Source of the DNA: Takakia lepidozioides
Lineage: Eukaryota > Plantae > Bryophyta
Reading direction: 5' to 3'
DNA length: 64,000 nucleotides
Assembly: GCA_030704615.1 (NCBI GenBank)
Contig: CM060731.1
Coordinates: 9,982,001 to 10,046,000 of the forward strand
The notes beneath the pieces were generated by a model that searched no databases, was not told the origin of the DNA, and was given only the letters and a program-made list of their open reading frames with translations. The translations under genes and the position numbers were made by a program. This document shows, one piece after another, positions 36,701-49,859 of the stretch (its first letter is position 1; each line of letters begins with the position of its first letter).

Positions 36701-39292
36701 CCTCGGTGGACATAGCCAAAATACAAAAGATCTTGGGGTTTTGGGCTTTACTGTAAAGGTGCGGGTGGCTGACTTGCATGTCGAGGGTCCATACCTTCAT
36801 CGTCTAATGCTCCAGAGTGGGCTTTTGGTATGATTATTGAGGTTAGTTGGGACATTCTATATGCTAGGGAAAACTACCTCATATCCTTTTTTGGGACACT
36901 TGGTGTCCATACCCTATCCTCCACACTTTGCTTGCGTGTTGATTTGGATGACGGTGCAGGCTCATGCATAGCCAGTGAATTGTTAGGACTATAGATGTAG
37001 ATGCATGATAATGATTGTGGTGAGTCTGAGGGCGATTCAGATTCAGATTCTGATGATGATAATTATGACCCTGTAGAGGATGCTCGATCGGGCTGATCCA
37101 ATGGCCTTTGGGGATCCCAATATGTGGGACTTTGAGGTGGATACTGGGAATGCTGCTAGGGAGGTGGATCAGTATGAATTAGGTGATGATTGGGAATCCT
37201 GACCACCTGCTGACATGTTTGGAGACGACATGTGGAACTCATCCTGCTCTGAATTGCCACAGGTGTAATGGTCCGGTGGTGAGACAAGCCCGAATGTGCC
37301 TCTTGGGTGATGATGCTACTCCTGTTGATTTTTTTAATCTGCTTTGGCCTATGGCTGTCATGCGCAAGGTCTGTGCCATGACAAACCTTTATGCTAGAAC
37401 CCTAAATTCCAAAGGAAAAGTGAAGGGAGGGCAAGTGGTGGTACCCTCTTTCTGTGCCTAAATTGAATGCCTAGCTGGGCATTCACATTCTCATGCGCAT
37501 AAAAAAAAATGCTAAATACCAGATGCTACTGGAAAACATCGGATGGATTTTTCAAATGCTCGTCTATCATGCGCATTTTGAGCCGCAACTGCTTTGAATC
37601 TATCTTGCGGTGCCTTCACCTTGTGGACAACCGAGTGGTGGCCACAAATCCTGCTGACCCTGGCTTTGACAAACTTGCAAAGACTCGTTGGTTGATTGAT
37701 TCCATGAATTCTTTGTTTGCCAAATATTACACGCCAAAGCAGAACCTGTCTGTTGATGAGATGATGGTCAAGTACAAGGGAAGTATTGTAGATTGTAGCA
37801 GTACTTGGCTAAAAAGCCAGTGAAGTGGAGGATCAAGATTTGGTGTTTGGCCAAGTATGTACAGAAAATGGAAGTGTACCTGGGCAAAAAAAATGACATT
37901 GATTTGTCGCATGGTACAGGTTACAGGGTGGTTATAACAAGGCTGATGGATGGATTCCAGGGAAAAGGGCACATCATGACCTGTAACAATTTCTTCTCTA
38001 GTCCCATCTTTTTCTATGACTTGGCTGCTCATGGCATATATGCCAGTGGGACAGTGAAGACTTGTCGGATTGGCTTTGCTTGGAATTGAGTAAGGGCAGG
38101 GAGAGAGGTCAATATAAGGTCTTCTTCCGCTGACCTCGGGTACAAATCCTCTTTCTTTGCAACACCACCTTGCGCTCACGCTTACAAAACATGAGCTGGG
38201 CTCATGCTCTGGTGGGGAAGCGTGAGCTTAGCTCACATGGTTAGGCTCATGCCGTAGCTGCGCTGTCAACAGCTTGACAATCTGTTTGGGAGAAGCACCC
38301 AGCCCTCTAGCCAACCTAGAAATGATACCTGCCCTAGCGGATAATGAGAAGGAGCAGGGGGAGGGACCTCAGAATACCCCTGCGAGCCCATTGCGCTGGT
38401 AAATCACAAAAGATGAGGGATCTGACATCTCCGAACTCGCAATGAAGCACCGCAGTCAAAATATGAAGCATTCAGCTCATAGACAGATGCTACACACAAT
38501 GGTGTTGCTAGAAGGGGAGACCAGGAAGATAATGAAAATAGCTCACAATGAAATACAAATAATAGAGGAAGTTAAGTACTCAACAACAACCTATCTGCTG
38601 CAGCATACATGCAAGTAGGAGAAAAAGCGCACGAAGACAAATTAAACTACCTACAAACGCGCGGGAACTCGAGACCTCTGTGACCAAACGAGAAACATGA
38701 GACCTCCACAACCGCTACAGACCCCATTTGAGAAAAAACGATGCAAAGTTTTTGGTAATGAAAAATTAGGGCAATCGCAAGGTGGATCTGTAAACTACAC
38801 GTGACCAACAAATCCATGGTCCAATTTTTGGGAAATTCCATCGAGATCTGCAAAAGATATGAGCTAAAGAAATAATGTCGAGGCCCAATTTGAGCTTGGT
38901 GGGCTTTTAGGGTTAAACTGATGGACTCTATAAAAGTCATGTACACTTGGGCTATTGCTCTAAATTTTTGAGTGGTGGGGGCAATTTTATGGACATTGTA
39001 ATGATCTATTTAGATGTCCAAGTCATTTGGAACTTATGGACTGATTTATAAGCAAAAAAATGCGCATTTTCCAAGCGCCTAATTCTCTTTCGTTTATTTT
39101 GATTGAGATTTTTTACTAAAAAGGCATAGGTTCTCGTTCTCTTAAATAGGCGCAACAAGTATCGGCAAATAGGTCATGAAATCTAGTAGCCCGTGATAAC
39201 CTATATGACGCTTCGGTAGACCAATAGAATTCGTCGGAAGTAACGTGGACCCCACCATTTGATGGGTCGGATGGACTTTCATGGATGTCACC
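33790..39292. mobile_element. Foldback (Mutator-like) element with long diverged inverted arms
   Basis: 33793-33870 plus 35178-35490 match the reverse complement of 38917-39292. Confidence 0.65.
35574..38912 (+). mobile_element. piggyBac-like transposon with a degenerate transposase (~37290-38089)
   Basis: CTAA|CCCTT..AGGG|TTAA ends; PVDFF, TNLYA, SRNCFESILRCLHL, DKLAK.R, LSVDEMMVKYKG, KKPVKW, NNFFSS, GTVK motifs of PGBD/DDE_Tnp_1_7. Confidence 0.85.
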
Positions 39293-39683
39293 CTATGTCA
39301 TTTGTGACCATATCTTGCATCAATTCTAGCGACGACAGAAGGTCGGAAGCTAGTTTAGCGTAGAGCAGGAATAGGGTGCTATAGTGCCACGTCATCGTCG
39401 CCACGTCATCGTCGTCGTCAATTTCTTTGGAATCTGCCCGGACGGCCCGCGCGAAAAACCCCAAAGCGCCAAGTTGTTTTGGAATTGCCCGGACTGCCCG
39501 GTTCTTGGAGTTCTTGAACTGCAGGAGCTCTACGTTTTCCGCCATTGTGCACCTTGCAAGCTCTCAACAGTCTCGCTGCTCAATGCAAACCGTGGTCTTT
39601 CCCTCATTCGATCAGCTTCGGTTTTCGTGCAAAGGCTCCGCAGATCACATCATTTTGCTTGCTTAGGCTTGTGAACGTGTTTT

Positions 39684-40594
39684 GGTCGTGACAGCCACAT
39701 CATCAATCATGATGGTAAGGTTGTTTGCTTTTGGGCCCTTTTCCAAGCATTGAATAGAAAGTTTGGGGTAAGGAATCAACAAGAAGTGATACAAAGTATG
39801 CTGATGAGCATAACAATGTTTTTATGATGGAGTGAGATGTTTCTGAAACTCAACAATGGTTGTCACAGACACATTCAAGGATAAAAAAACTAACAGACAT
39901 GTCTTCCTTCAAAATATGACTTGCTAAAGAGTGTGTTTTGAATTGGCAGTACGGGTGAGAGATCATGTCACCTTCCGTCTGATAGGGCACAATCAGGAGG
40001 TGTGTGGCCTCAAGTGGTCACCGTCAGGCCAACAACTAGCAAGTGGAGGCAATGACAACTTGCTCCACATTTGGGATGCAGCTGTCACATCATCATCACC
40101 TGAGTCAACAGTCTATCTACACAAGCTGGACGACCACCAAGCAGTTGTGAAAGCACTTGCCTGGTGCCCCTTCCAAGGCAACTTACTGGTGCCTGTATCA
40201 ACAGTGTCCCATTTCTCGTGTAATGAGAAAGTTTTAGTGCACCGTATGTAGTTTCTTATGACTGAAAATGAGATGTTTGAAAAACTGTATTATATATGTT
40301 CCTCTAAATTCAGTTGGTGATATCTGAACTTTTCAGAACTGCATGAGCAAGTTAGGATGGCATATGTGAAGATGTTCTGCATCACACAAGGTTTCACTAT
40401 TATTGATCTAGGTCTGGTGGTCAAACATTGGGTTGTGCACTCAGGTGTGTGCTCTGCAATGGAACCGGCATCAAAAGGAGATACTGAGCAGCCATGGGTT
40501 CAGCCAGAATCAACTGTGCTTGCGGAAGTATCCATCTATGGCCAAAATTGCTGAACTCACTGGTCACACTGCCCGTATTCTCCATCTTGCCCAA
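39684..40594 (+). pseudogene. CDC20: CDC20 (WD40 APC/C activator) internal exons
   Basis: GRDSHIINHD|[34 protein letters not shown]; [34 protein letters not shown]; both ends missing. Confidence 0.9.
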
Positions 40595-40685
40595 TAACCG
40601 GTTTAGTACAAGTATGTACTCGATTTGTGAATTTTTCTTTGAAATCTGGCTCTGCCTCTCAATAGATTTTCTTTGTATTGTACAG

Positions 40686-41562
40686 ATTTTGCAGATGAGT
40701 TGAAGAAGGCACGCCAGTTTGGAAGTCTAACGACATTTGGACGCGGCTTGCCCAAAGGGGGTGAAGTATCAGCTGTAAAATCCCTTGAGAGATAGGAGGG
40801 GATTCTTCGATCCCTAGCCCAACATGACCCTCTGGTATGCTTGTTCATTACATCTGAATTTGGTTGCTACAACAGGAAAGTCTGTTTCAATGTTTAATGA
40901 GAGCACCAACCTTCAGAAGTGGTAAACAGTTAAAGAGGGCTGCATACTGGATGGCCGGGCTTGCAGGTGAGCACACGATGTCTTCAGAAAGTAAGCAAGG
41001 GGCATCAAGCTAGGCATGGTGTGGGTCCAGCGAGTTGGAGAGCTGCACAAGGCTGAGGTGGCAATGGAGTGGGGGTGCACTGTGCGTGATGTTGATGCCG
41101 TACTGGCAAAGTACGAGTGGGCAAAGGAGGCAAACAGGCGTGTGATGAAGCTTAAGGAGGAAGGCAAGCCGCTTCCCAAGTCTCTTGACGAAGTTAGTCT
41201 CCCGTGTTTGCTGCCTAAGAGCTCTTGTATGTTTTTGTTATGCTCCGGCAGCTGCATTCTCTTCTCAAAATCTCTCCTCCCGCTGTCTCACCAATGGCTT
41301 TCCACTGTTTGCTTGTTTCCTACCATCTTTTAATACCTTGAATGATGAAATATATTTGTCCCTATACCTTGAATATAAGGTGGCCATAGCTAGGAGATGA
41401 AGGGTCTGGCCTGAGGTTGACACCATGGATTTGTTGGTTGGTGAAGGTGGAAGAGTTGATGGGGGGTTGCTGGAATGCGGCAGCATCTGTGAATCTTGCA
41501 AAAAGTGGACAACTGAGTCGAAATGCTGCTTGTCCGTGCGGCTCTGGAAAGAAGTACAAGAG
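40686..41562 (+). pseudogene. SEC-C motif protein fragment (three exons)
   Basis: FADELKKARQFGS.., CTVRDVDAVLAKYEWAKEA..GKPLPKS, SRNAACPCGSGKKYKR; in-frame TAG at 40793-40795. Confidence 0.82.
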
Positions 41563-41844
41563 GTGGGTTCTTGCTCTTTTCACAGCTCCTCTCATCTCTG
41601 TGCCCCATTCCAATGGGAGTGTCGTAAGGCGGAGAGAAGCAATGTTTCTGGCTGCTTTATCTCACACTCATACTTAAACAGATGGATTTTGTGGCTAGAT
41701 GAGTCAAATTTCAAAGCAAGTAGTACTATCAATTTCAAATTTCAAAGCAAAGCAAGTAGTACTATCAAACATCATGTAGCCTGGCAATAAGCTGGCCGTG
41801 AGGTATCTGTGGCTTGAACACTATCTTACGTTTCACGCAATGTG

Positions 41845-44800
41845 GTGAGGGCACCTTCTTCTTCGACCTGTTTCAGCCAGTTTTATCTCTCATGAGACTC
41901 GGCCCTGAGATCATGTTCCCTAAATTCTGATGTTGAACTCTGCAAGGTAGCTTGTTGGTGGATCTATGGTGGTTTTTGGATTGATTTTAACAAGTTACTG
42001 CCAATGTGGCAACAGGAAAGAATCGAAAAACAGATAACAGAGACGAGGAGAAGCTTTGGAATGCTCACCTCAACGATGACCGCAGCTTCTGAAAGAGGAT
42101 CAAGAGAGGGAGTCCACAATGCCTCTTCTGGCACTTCTGCACATGTGAAGATGCTTTGTGAGGCAGGCAGACTGACAGAGGCTCTCTGCATACATAGCTG
42201 AAGGAGCAGGGATAGAGGGTGGGTCCAGATTCATCTAAGAGGGCCGGATTTCAAGCTCCAGATCACCTATGATTCCCTGTGGAAGGACAGGTATAAGAAA
42301 CAGATGGTCAACTGCAAACCGCAGCGGCAGCGGTCAGACACTGCTAATGAAGGCACCTTCTCACCCTGTTTTTCCCTCTTATCAAAGTTGGCCCCAAATT
42401 TCCGTGTTGAATTCTGCAAGTTAGCTGGTTGAGTGAACCTTTGATAGTTTGGAGTGAATGACATGATACGGCCAATGTGACAACAGGAAAGTATCCAGAA
42501 ACAGGTAACAAAGCTGAGGAGAAGCTGTGGAATGAATACTTTTCCTGACCCCAGTTAATGGTGGGACAACTGAGGCAAAAAGGTGAATGCATGTTGGATT
42601 ACAGAGAGTAGCAGATGCAATTGAGCATACAAACTAGTGTGATAAGTTGAGTTGGGTGTTTCCTAGAACTTCAAGCTCCAAATTACCTATGATTCCCTGT
42701 GGATCAATAGCTACAAGAAACCTGCATCGGTAGATGGTCACCTAAAGGCAGCAGCTGCAACGGCACCTTTGCTAAAATTAGGCACCTCAACCATGACCAC
42801 AGCTTCTGCAAGGGGATCAAGAGAGGGAGTCCACAATGCCTCTTCTGGCACTTCTGGGCATGTGAAGATGTTTTGTGCGGTAGGCAGTCTGACAGAGGCT
42901 CTACAGACTTTAAACAAAGGAGGCATTTCAGCAGATTCAGATACGTATGTCTGTCTCTTGCTTAAGTGCATCAAGATGGAAGGTCTGGAAGTTGGAAAGC
43001 ATATGCACACTCACATTATCCAAAGTGTATTCCCGCCAAGTGTTTTTCTATTCAACACCCTTGTCTACATGTATGTTAAGTGCAGGAGCATCATGGATGC
43101 TCACCAAATGTTCAACAGAATGCCTCAACCATCTTTGATCATGTGGAACGTGAGGCTTGCAGGGTATGCATAGCAGGGGCGTGGTATGGAGGCCTTGGAG
43201 ACCTATGATCAAATGATGGGGGAAGGGGTGAAGCCCGACCACATCACGTTTCTGTGCATTTGCAATGCGTGTGCAAGCCTGGCAGCTCTGGAAAAAGGTG
43301 AAGAGGTGCATGGCGACATTGTCAGAGCTGCAATTGTACCAAATGTCATTCTGAACAATACCCTCGTGGACATGTATGAAGGGAATGTTTGACAGTATGG
43401 CTGAACAAGATGTGGTGTCGTGGAGTGCGATGATTGCAAGATATGCACAGCAACGGCACGGGATGGAGGCTTTGGAACACGATGCTTGCAGGGTATGCAC
43501 AGCTGGGGCGCGGTATGGAGGCTTTGGAGACCTATGAGCAAAAGATGTGCGAAGGGGTGAAGCCTGACCACATCACATTTGTTTGTGGTTGCAATGCATG
43601 TGCAAGCCTGGGAGCTCTGGAAAATGGGAAAGACGTCCATGGTGACATCGTCAAAGCTGGAATTGCACCAGATTCATCCTGAACACTGCCTTGGTGGACA
43701 TATGCCAAATGTGGGTGGATCGAGGATGCGAAGGGAGTTTTCAACACTGTGGCTGAACGAGATGTGGTGTCGTGGAACACGATGCTTGCAGGGTATGCAC
43801 AGCAGGGGCACGGGATGGAGGCTTTGGAGACCTATGAACAAATGATGGGGGAAGTGGTGAAGCCCGACCACATCACGTTTGTGTGCGTTTGCAATGCGTA
43901 TGCAAGCCGGGCAGCCCTGGAAAAGGGCATGGTTGCATCGCCAAAACTGGAATTGTACTAGATGTGGTTCTGAACAATACCCTCGTGGACATGTATGCCA
44001 GATGTGGAATGCGATGAACGCAGGATATGCCCAGCATGTTGTCATAGGGAGGTCCTGCAACTATTTGAAGGAATGCAAAAGAACGGCTTGAAGCTGGACA
44101 ACCTTTATATGTGTTCTCTCTGCATGCAGTCACACTGGCCTACTGAATGAAGGAAGACACTACTGCGATCCCCTGAGTCAAGATCATGGTATCACTCCGA
44201 CAGTAAAGCACTTTGGCTGCATGGTGGACCTTCTTGGACATGCGGGACAACTGGATGAGGCAGTGGACCCGATTAATAAAATGCCAATCAATCCAGATGT
44301 TGTGGTGTGGAAGGCCTTGCTTGGTGCCTGCAGAATCCATGGCAATGTGGAGATGGCTAAACGTGTGGCAACATCTATCCTCAAGTAGGATGAACAGGAT
44401 GTCGCGACTTATGTGCTACTATCAAACATCTATGCTGCAGCTGGCAGGTGGGATGATACTGCACAAGTGAGAAGAATGATGAAGGTGAGAGGGGTTAAAA
44501 AGGAGCCAGGTCGCTGTTGCATTGAGGTTGGCAACAGGGTGCACACCTTCGTTGTAGATGACAAGTTGCATCCCAGAATTAAGGAAATCCATGTTGAGCT
44601 AGAAGATTGTCTGGGCAGATGAAGGAGGTGGGGTATGTGCCTGACACGCGCTTTGTATTGCATGATGTGGGGAGGAGGAAAAGGAATTTTCTCTTTGCCA
44701 CCACAGTGAGAAGCTGGCCATTGGTTTTGGGCTGATCAGACGACCCCTAGGACGCCTCTCCGTCTCATCAAGATCTTCGAGTGTGTGGTGACTGCCACAC

Positions 44801-44909
44801 CTCCACCAAATTCATCTCAAAGATTGTTGGCCGAGCAATTGTTGTAAGGGACGCTAACCGCTTTCACCACTTTGAAGATGGGATTTGTTCTTGTGGTGAT
44901 TACTGGTGA
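41845..44909 (+). pseudogene. PLS-class PPR-E-DYW RNA-editing factor pseudogene with N-terminal OSB-type PDF motifs
   Basis: P-L-S repeats (VVSWN.MLAGYAQ, GVKPDHITF, LVDMYAKCG), E domain, PG box, HSEKLA, CGDCH, CSCGDYW* (44909); many frameshifts and stops. Confidence 0.92.
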
Positions 44910-45759
44910 AAGGATGTTTTCTTGGAAAGATGTGAGTGTCTTGCTTCATTCATTGATCTGTGTAGCTACTCAGACCATCCACCATTTCCTGGGAGTATTG
45001 ACCATCATGGGATCTACCCGACATAGGTGGGAAGTCAGCCCATAATTGCACTTGACTGAAAGGGTGTTTTTTTACTGATTCTGGTGACAGTGGATGGAAC
45101 TCAGAGTGATGTCCTAATTCTGGGTTTGGGTGGTAGAGCTTCTCCAAGGCTTGAAGATGAAAGTGAATACGAATTTTAATGAGCTTGATGAGAGGGGCAG
45201 CCCTGTGCACAAGTTTGTTCAGCATCTTAAATTTGGACATGTTTGTTTGTTTCTCGTGATGTGGCTTTGGATGGAGCCCTCGACAAACTTGCACGAATAT
45301 TGTCAAAAGCTAGCCTTAACCCACCAAGATCCAATCCCATGGTGGGTGCTTGAAAGTTCATATAGTGATTGTAAGGGTATTTGGGTATGTTGTTATTGAT
45401 TGATGCGGCTTGACTGCCTCACACTATAACATCGGTTTGTGCATGTTGGAGTTCAAGGTTGGGGGTAACTACTTGAGCTGCCAATCTCAAACAAGCCAAA
45501 AAACTGCTCATCCTTGTGGATCTACTGGTTTTTCTCTTTATCTCTCTCTCTCTCTCTCTGGTCCAGCTTGTAATTTTAGTTTTTGTTCCTGCAGGTTCTG
45601 AAGCATTTGTTGATGCATAGTCCTCCAGAACAAGCTCTGATCCTGTTGCCTCGCTGTTGTCAAGTGTGAATGGATTTGAGGTGTCTCATCACGTGTGGAA
45701 GTGTCAGCATATTGGGCAGAAAAGGGGGTTCAACTCCCCCTCACTTCTTGGCAGGATTT

Positions 45760-47200
45760 ACCAAGCATGGGTGTGGTAGGAATACTTTGGAGACCTATGT
45801 GCAAATGCTGCGCGAAGGGGTGAAGCCCAACCACATCACATTTGTTTGTGTTTGCAATGCGTGTGCAAGCCTGGGAGCTCTGGAAAAGGGGAAAGAGGTC
45901 CCTGCTGACATCGTCAAAGCTGGAATTGTACCAGATGTCATTCTGAACATGCCCTGGTGGAAATGTATGTCAAATGTGCGTGCATTGAGGATCCCAAGGG
46001 AGTGCTTGAAAGTATGGCTGAACGAGATGTGGAGTGCGATGATTGCAGGCTATGCACAGCAAGGATGCGGGATGGAGGCTTTGGAGACCTATGAGCAAGT
46101 GATGTGCGAAGGGGTGAAGCCCAACCACATAACGTTTGTTTTTGTTTGCAATGCGTGTGTAAGCCTTGGAGCTCTGGAAAAAGGGAAAGAGGTCCATGGT
46201 GACATCATCAAAGCTGGAAATGTACCAGATGTCATCCTGAACACTGCCCTGTCGACATGTATGCACGGGATGGAGGCTTTGGAGACCTATGAGCAAGTGT
46301 TGTGCGAAGGGGGGAGGGGATTCCACGCTTGGATTGCCCTTGCATTCAGATGCTGCCCTCCGCAAGCCTGGCACCCTGGAAAAGGGCAAGAGGTGCATGG
46401 TTGCATCACCAAATCTGCGAAGGAAGGGTTCGACACTATGGCCGAACGTGATGTGGTGTCGTGGAACATGATGCTTGCAGGGTATGCACAGCAGGGGCCC
46501 GGGAGGAGGCTTTGGATACCTATGAGCAAATGATGGGGGAAGGGGTGAAGCCCGACCACATCAGGTTTGTGCGTTTGCAGTGTGTGTGCAAGCCTGGCAG
46601 CCCTGGAAAAGGGCAGAGGGTTTATGGTTGCATCGCCAAAGCTGGAATTCTACCAGATGTGGTTCTGAACAAACCCTCGTGGACATGTATGCCAAATGTG
46701 GGTGCATCGAGGATGTGGAGGGAGTGTTTGACCATATGGCCAAACGAGTGTGGTAGGCTTGGAGTGCCATGATCGCAGGATATGCACAGCAGGGGCACGG
46801 GATGGAGGCTATGGAGACCTACAAACAAATGATGTGGGAAGGGGTGAAGCCTGACCACATCACGTGTGTTGGTGTTTGCAACGTGTGTGCAAGCCTCGTA
46901 GCCCTGGAGAAGGGCAAAGAGGTTCATAGTGACATTGTCAAAGCTGGAATTGTACCAGATGTCATTCCGAACAGTGCCCTGGTGGATATGTATGCCAAAT
47001 GTGGGTGCATTGAAGACGCGAAGGGAGTGTTCGACAATATGGCTAAACGAAATGTGGCGTCTTGGAGTGCCATGATAGCAGCATGGGTGTGGGATGGAGG
47101 CTATGGAGACCTATGAGCAAATGATGCAGGAAAGGGGTGAAGCCAAATCACATCATGTTCTTGTGCATTTGCAATGTGTGTGCGAGCCTGGCAGCCCAGG
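45760..47200 (+). pseudogene. Second PLS-PPR fragment array
   Basis: Repeated GMEALETYEQ..GVKPNHITF..ALEKGKEVH units with deletions and frameshifts. Confidence 0.9.
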
Positions 47201-47291
47201 GCACAGTTATTCATGTTGTAGACAACATAAAGTAGAGGGAGTATTTGAGAGAGATTCGTCATTGCATAATGTTACCCTGTTTGTGGCTCAG

Positions 47292-47676
47292 GGTATATAT
47301 ATGCTGGTGGCGGGATTTTCCCGACTCCCCAAATATCTGCCTAAGGCCGTCTGGCGCTACCGTATGTCTTACATAGGCTTCCATATGTATGCTCTATCAG
47401 ATCGATACCAACCGAAGCAAGTGGGAAGATTTGGCAGTTGTCTTTGGCATGGTCATTGGCTACAGACTTATCTTCTTCCTCATGATAAAGTTTATTGAGG
47501 ATGTGAGCCCAATCCTCCGCTCGCTCCTTGCCAAGCCTACCCAGGGCTGCCTGACACGGAAAAATTCGGCTGTCCAAAACACAATTCGACCCCTCTCTAT
47601 GACACCATCCCCTGTCCATGATGCTGCTCCGCTGCGGTATTCCACAGGCAAGCAATTTGGTGCGTCCCCATGCTGA
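47292..47676 (+). pseudogene. Half-size ABCG (ABCG11/WBC11-like) transporter C-terminal fragment
   Basis: GIYMLVAGFSRLP..PKAVWRY.MSYI.FH.YAL [deletion] IDTNRSKWEDLAVVFGMVIGYRLIFFLMIK..EDVSP. Confidence 0.82.
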
Positions 47677-48376
47677 TTCTTACAACAAGGAAAAAGTACT
47701 TGTCACTATCTTAGGTAATCTAACAATTGCGCCAACAGTGCTGCTATGAACATGATACGGCAACAATGGTAATGCATGAAAGAGGGTGATTGATGGTTAA
47801 CACTTCTAGCGGGACTGGAAAATTCATCTGGATCCCATTCACTGGTGGGAATTTGCAATAACAAAGCCTCTAGTGAGAATATTATTTTCTTTGCTTTTGG
47901 TTGGTTCAGTTGTAGAGAGAGCTGGTGCCACAAGAGTCTGATACAGAAATGTGAGGTAATTATTCTAGTCTATCAGTGGGGAATCCAGAGATTAATGAAG
48001 CGATAAAGGTACATAATTTATTGCTACACAAATTTTGTCATTGGCGCCTGCTATGTATTATATTCTGCGGTGAAAAGCCTTGGACGGCTGCTTCTTTTTC
48101 CCTTGTTGAACGGATGGAGTGCAACTGATCTGAGAATGTATTGCAAGAATGCAATCTGCAATGTAGAGTCTGTATGGACAATGTAATGGTGATTCCAGCA
48201 CTGGGACTGTGATACTGGCAACTATGAAGTGCGTAGAGAAAGCAGACAGACCAACTTGGGAAGGAGAAATAAAAGAGAGACCATTGGACCACCTGAGGCT
48301 CCTCATGATATACTTAGTGCTTCAGAAAATAAATATGGATACTCTAATGCAGGATGCACTACAATCTCAGATCCTG

Positions 48377-48692
48377 CTTTCCACCACTTTGAAGATGGGA
48401 TTTGTTCTTGTGGTGATAGGATGTTTTCTTGGAAAGATGCTAATGTCTGGTGACAGTGGATGGAGTGCTGTCCTAATTCTGGTTTTGGGTGGTGGAGCTT
48501 CTCCAAAGCTTGAAGATGGAAGTGAATATGAATTTTAATGAGCTTGATGAGAGGGGCAGCCCTATGCACGAGTTTGTTCAGCATCTCAAATTTAGACATG
48601 TTTGTTTGTTTATCGTGGGGTGGCTTTGGATGGAGTTCATATAGTGAATGTAAGAGTATGTGGGTATGTTGTTATTGGTTGATGCGGCTTGT
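48377..48692 (+). repeat. Partial duplicate of the DYW C-terminus and its downstream region
   Basis: [13 protein letters not shown] and following DNA match 44862-45412 with internal deletions. Confidence 0.88.
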
Positions 48693-48888
48693 GAAAATTG
48701 AACATTGAAGTGCAGATCCGCCAGTTTTCTTCCAGAAAAAAAAAAACACGTGATCTTTGCATGTAACACTGTGGGGATGACCCACCTTTTTTTTTGTGAA
48801 AAATGGAACGTAGTTCTCAGAATTCGTCCCTAGTAGTGCGGAGCAACGCGAAGCCCTAGTTACGACTTTGGGAGATTAAGGGTTAATC

Positions 48889-49064
48889 GGACAACCAACA
48901 TGTAGCCCACTGGTAATGGGCACATACCACGTTGGATGTGGTTGTGGGTTCAAACCACGGTCTGGTGTGTCGTGAAGCTGTCCACCTTTTAGCTGAAGGC
49001 ACTAGCCCAAGTGTGGTGAAGAGACACCATAATTTACGCTTCCTTCCTCGGGAGGTGTTTTAAA
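48889..49064 (+). mobile_element. tRNA-derived SINE family A, copy 2
   Basis: A/B boxes as at 13214; TSD TAAGGGTTAATC (48877-48888/49065-49076). Confidence 0.9.
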
Positions 49065-49242
49065 TAAGGGTTAATCCATTCCAGGGTCTTTGTCTTTATT
49101 TTCAATCATAATAAGAATGTTCCATTTAAAAGAAAAATAATGTTCTCTTCTCCAACCCATGTTTTTGCCCTTATGAAGGCATGCTGACAACTTTAAGGTC
49201 TCTATAATTAATTTAAAAACTCATGAAAATATGTACATATTT

Positions 49243-49490
49243 AAAAAAAAAAAATTAATAAGGGAAACACCTGGGAGCGACAGCTCACAAATCAGGCCCC
49301 TTAATAGTGAGAGGAGAAAATAACCTCTTTCACAGTAACCACGCCAGCGAGGCGAATAAGGCGAATAAGTGGGACACTCGCCCAAGGAAGCGGGGAGACG
49401 AGAATACCACACCCGTCAAGTAGCAAGATTTGACCCCAGAATCGTCTGGGTGGCACTCAGTGCACTTAACCAACTGAACTACTATCTTTT
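49243..49490 (-). mobile_element. tRNA-derived SINE family B
   Basis: Minus-strand A box TAGTTCAGTTGG, B-box-like GGGTCAAATC, T-rich tail; homolog at 29444. Confidence 0.78.
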
Positions 49491-49859
49491 TCACTTTTCA
49501 TCCATCTTTCATTAGCTGTTGTGCAGCCAATGCACGTTCATCTGATGAGAGTTGTTGCTTGGGTAAGTGTGGAGCCAGCAATAAAGTAAAATAATCAAGT
49601 TCCAGAAAAATAAAACTTACACTGGAAGACAATAGGAATAATGTGAGAACTTAATGGACCCCTGTGATCTGACGGTACTTTCGCCGGATTGGGCAGCCTG
49701 GGCTCCTCAGGCGGGGCCCCTGTCAAATCCTCCCCACCCCCTCTTACCTTGGTTACATAGGAATCCAAGTGGTTGCAAGCTCTGGTGGCTAGTGGGATGG
49801 TAAGGTGATAGCATTGCAGGTGGCGAGGTTTAGTGTTCGATTCTTGATGGGAGGCTCTT

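Noticed and set aside
42550-44400. Stop codons repaired by U-to-C RNA editing
   Set aside because: TAA/TGA/TAG at expected CAA/CGA/CAG positions fit C-to-T decay of methylated nuclear DNA, and frameshifts are also present.
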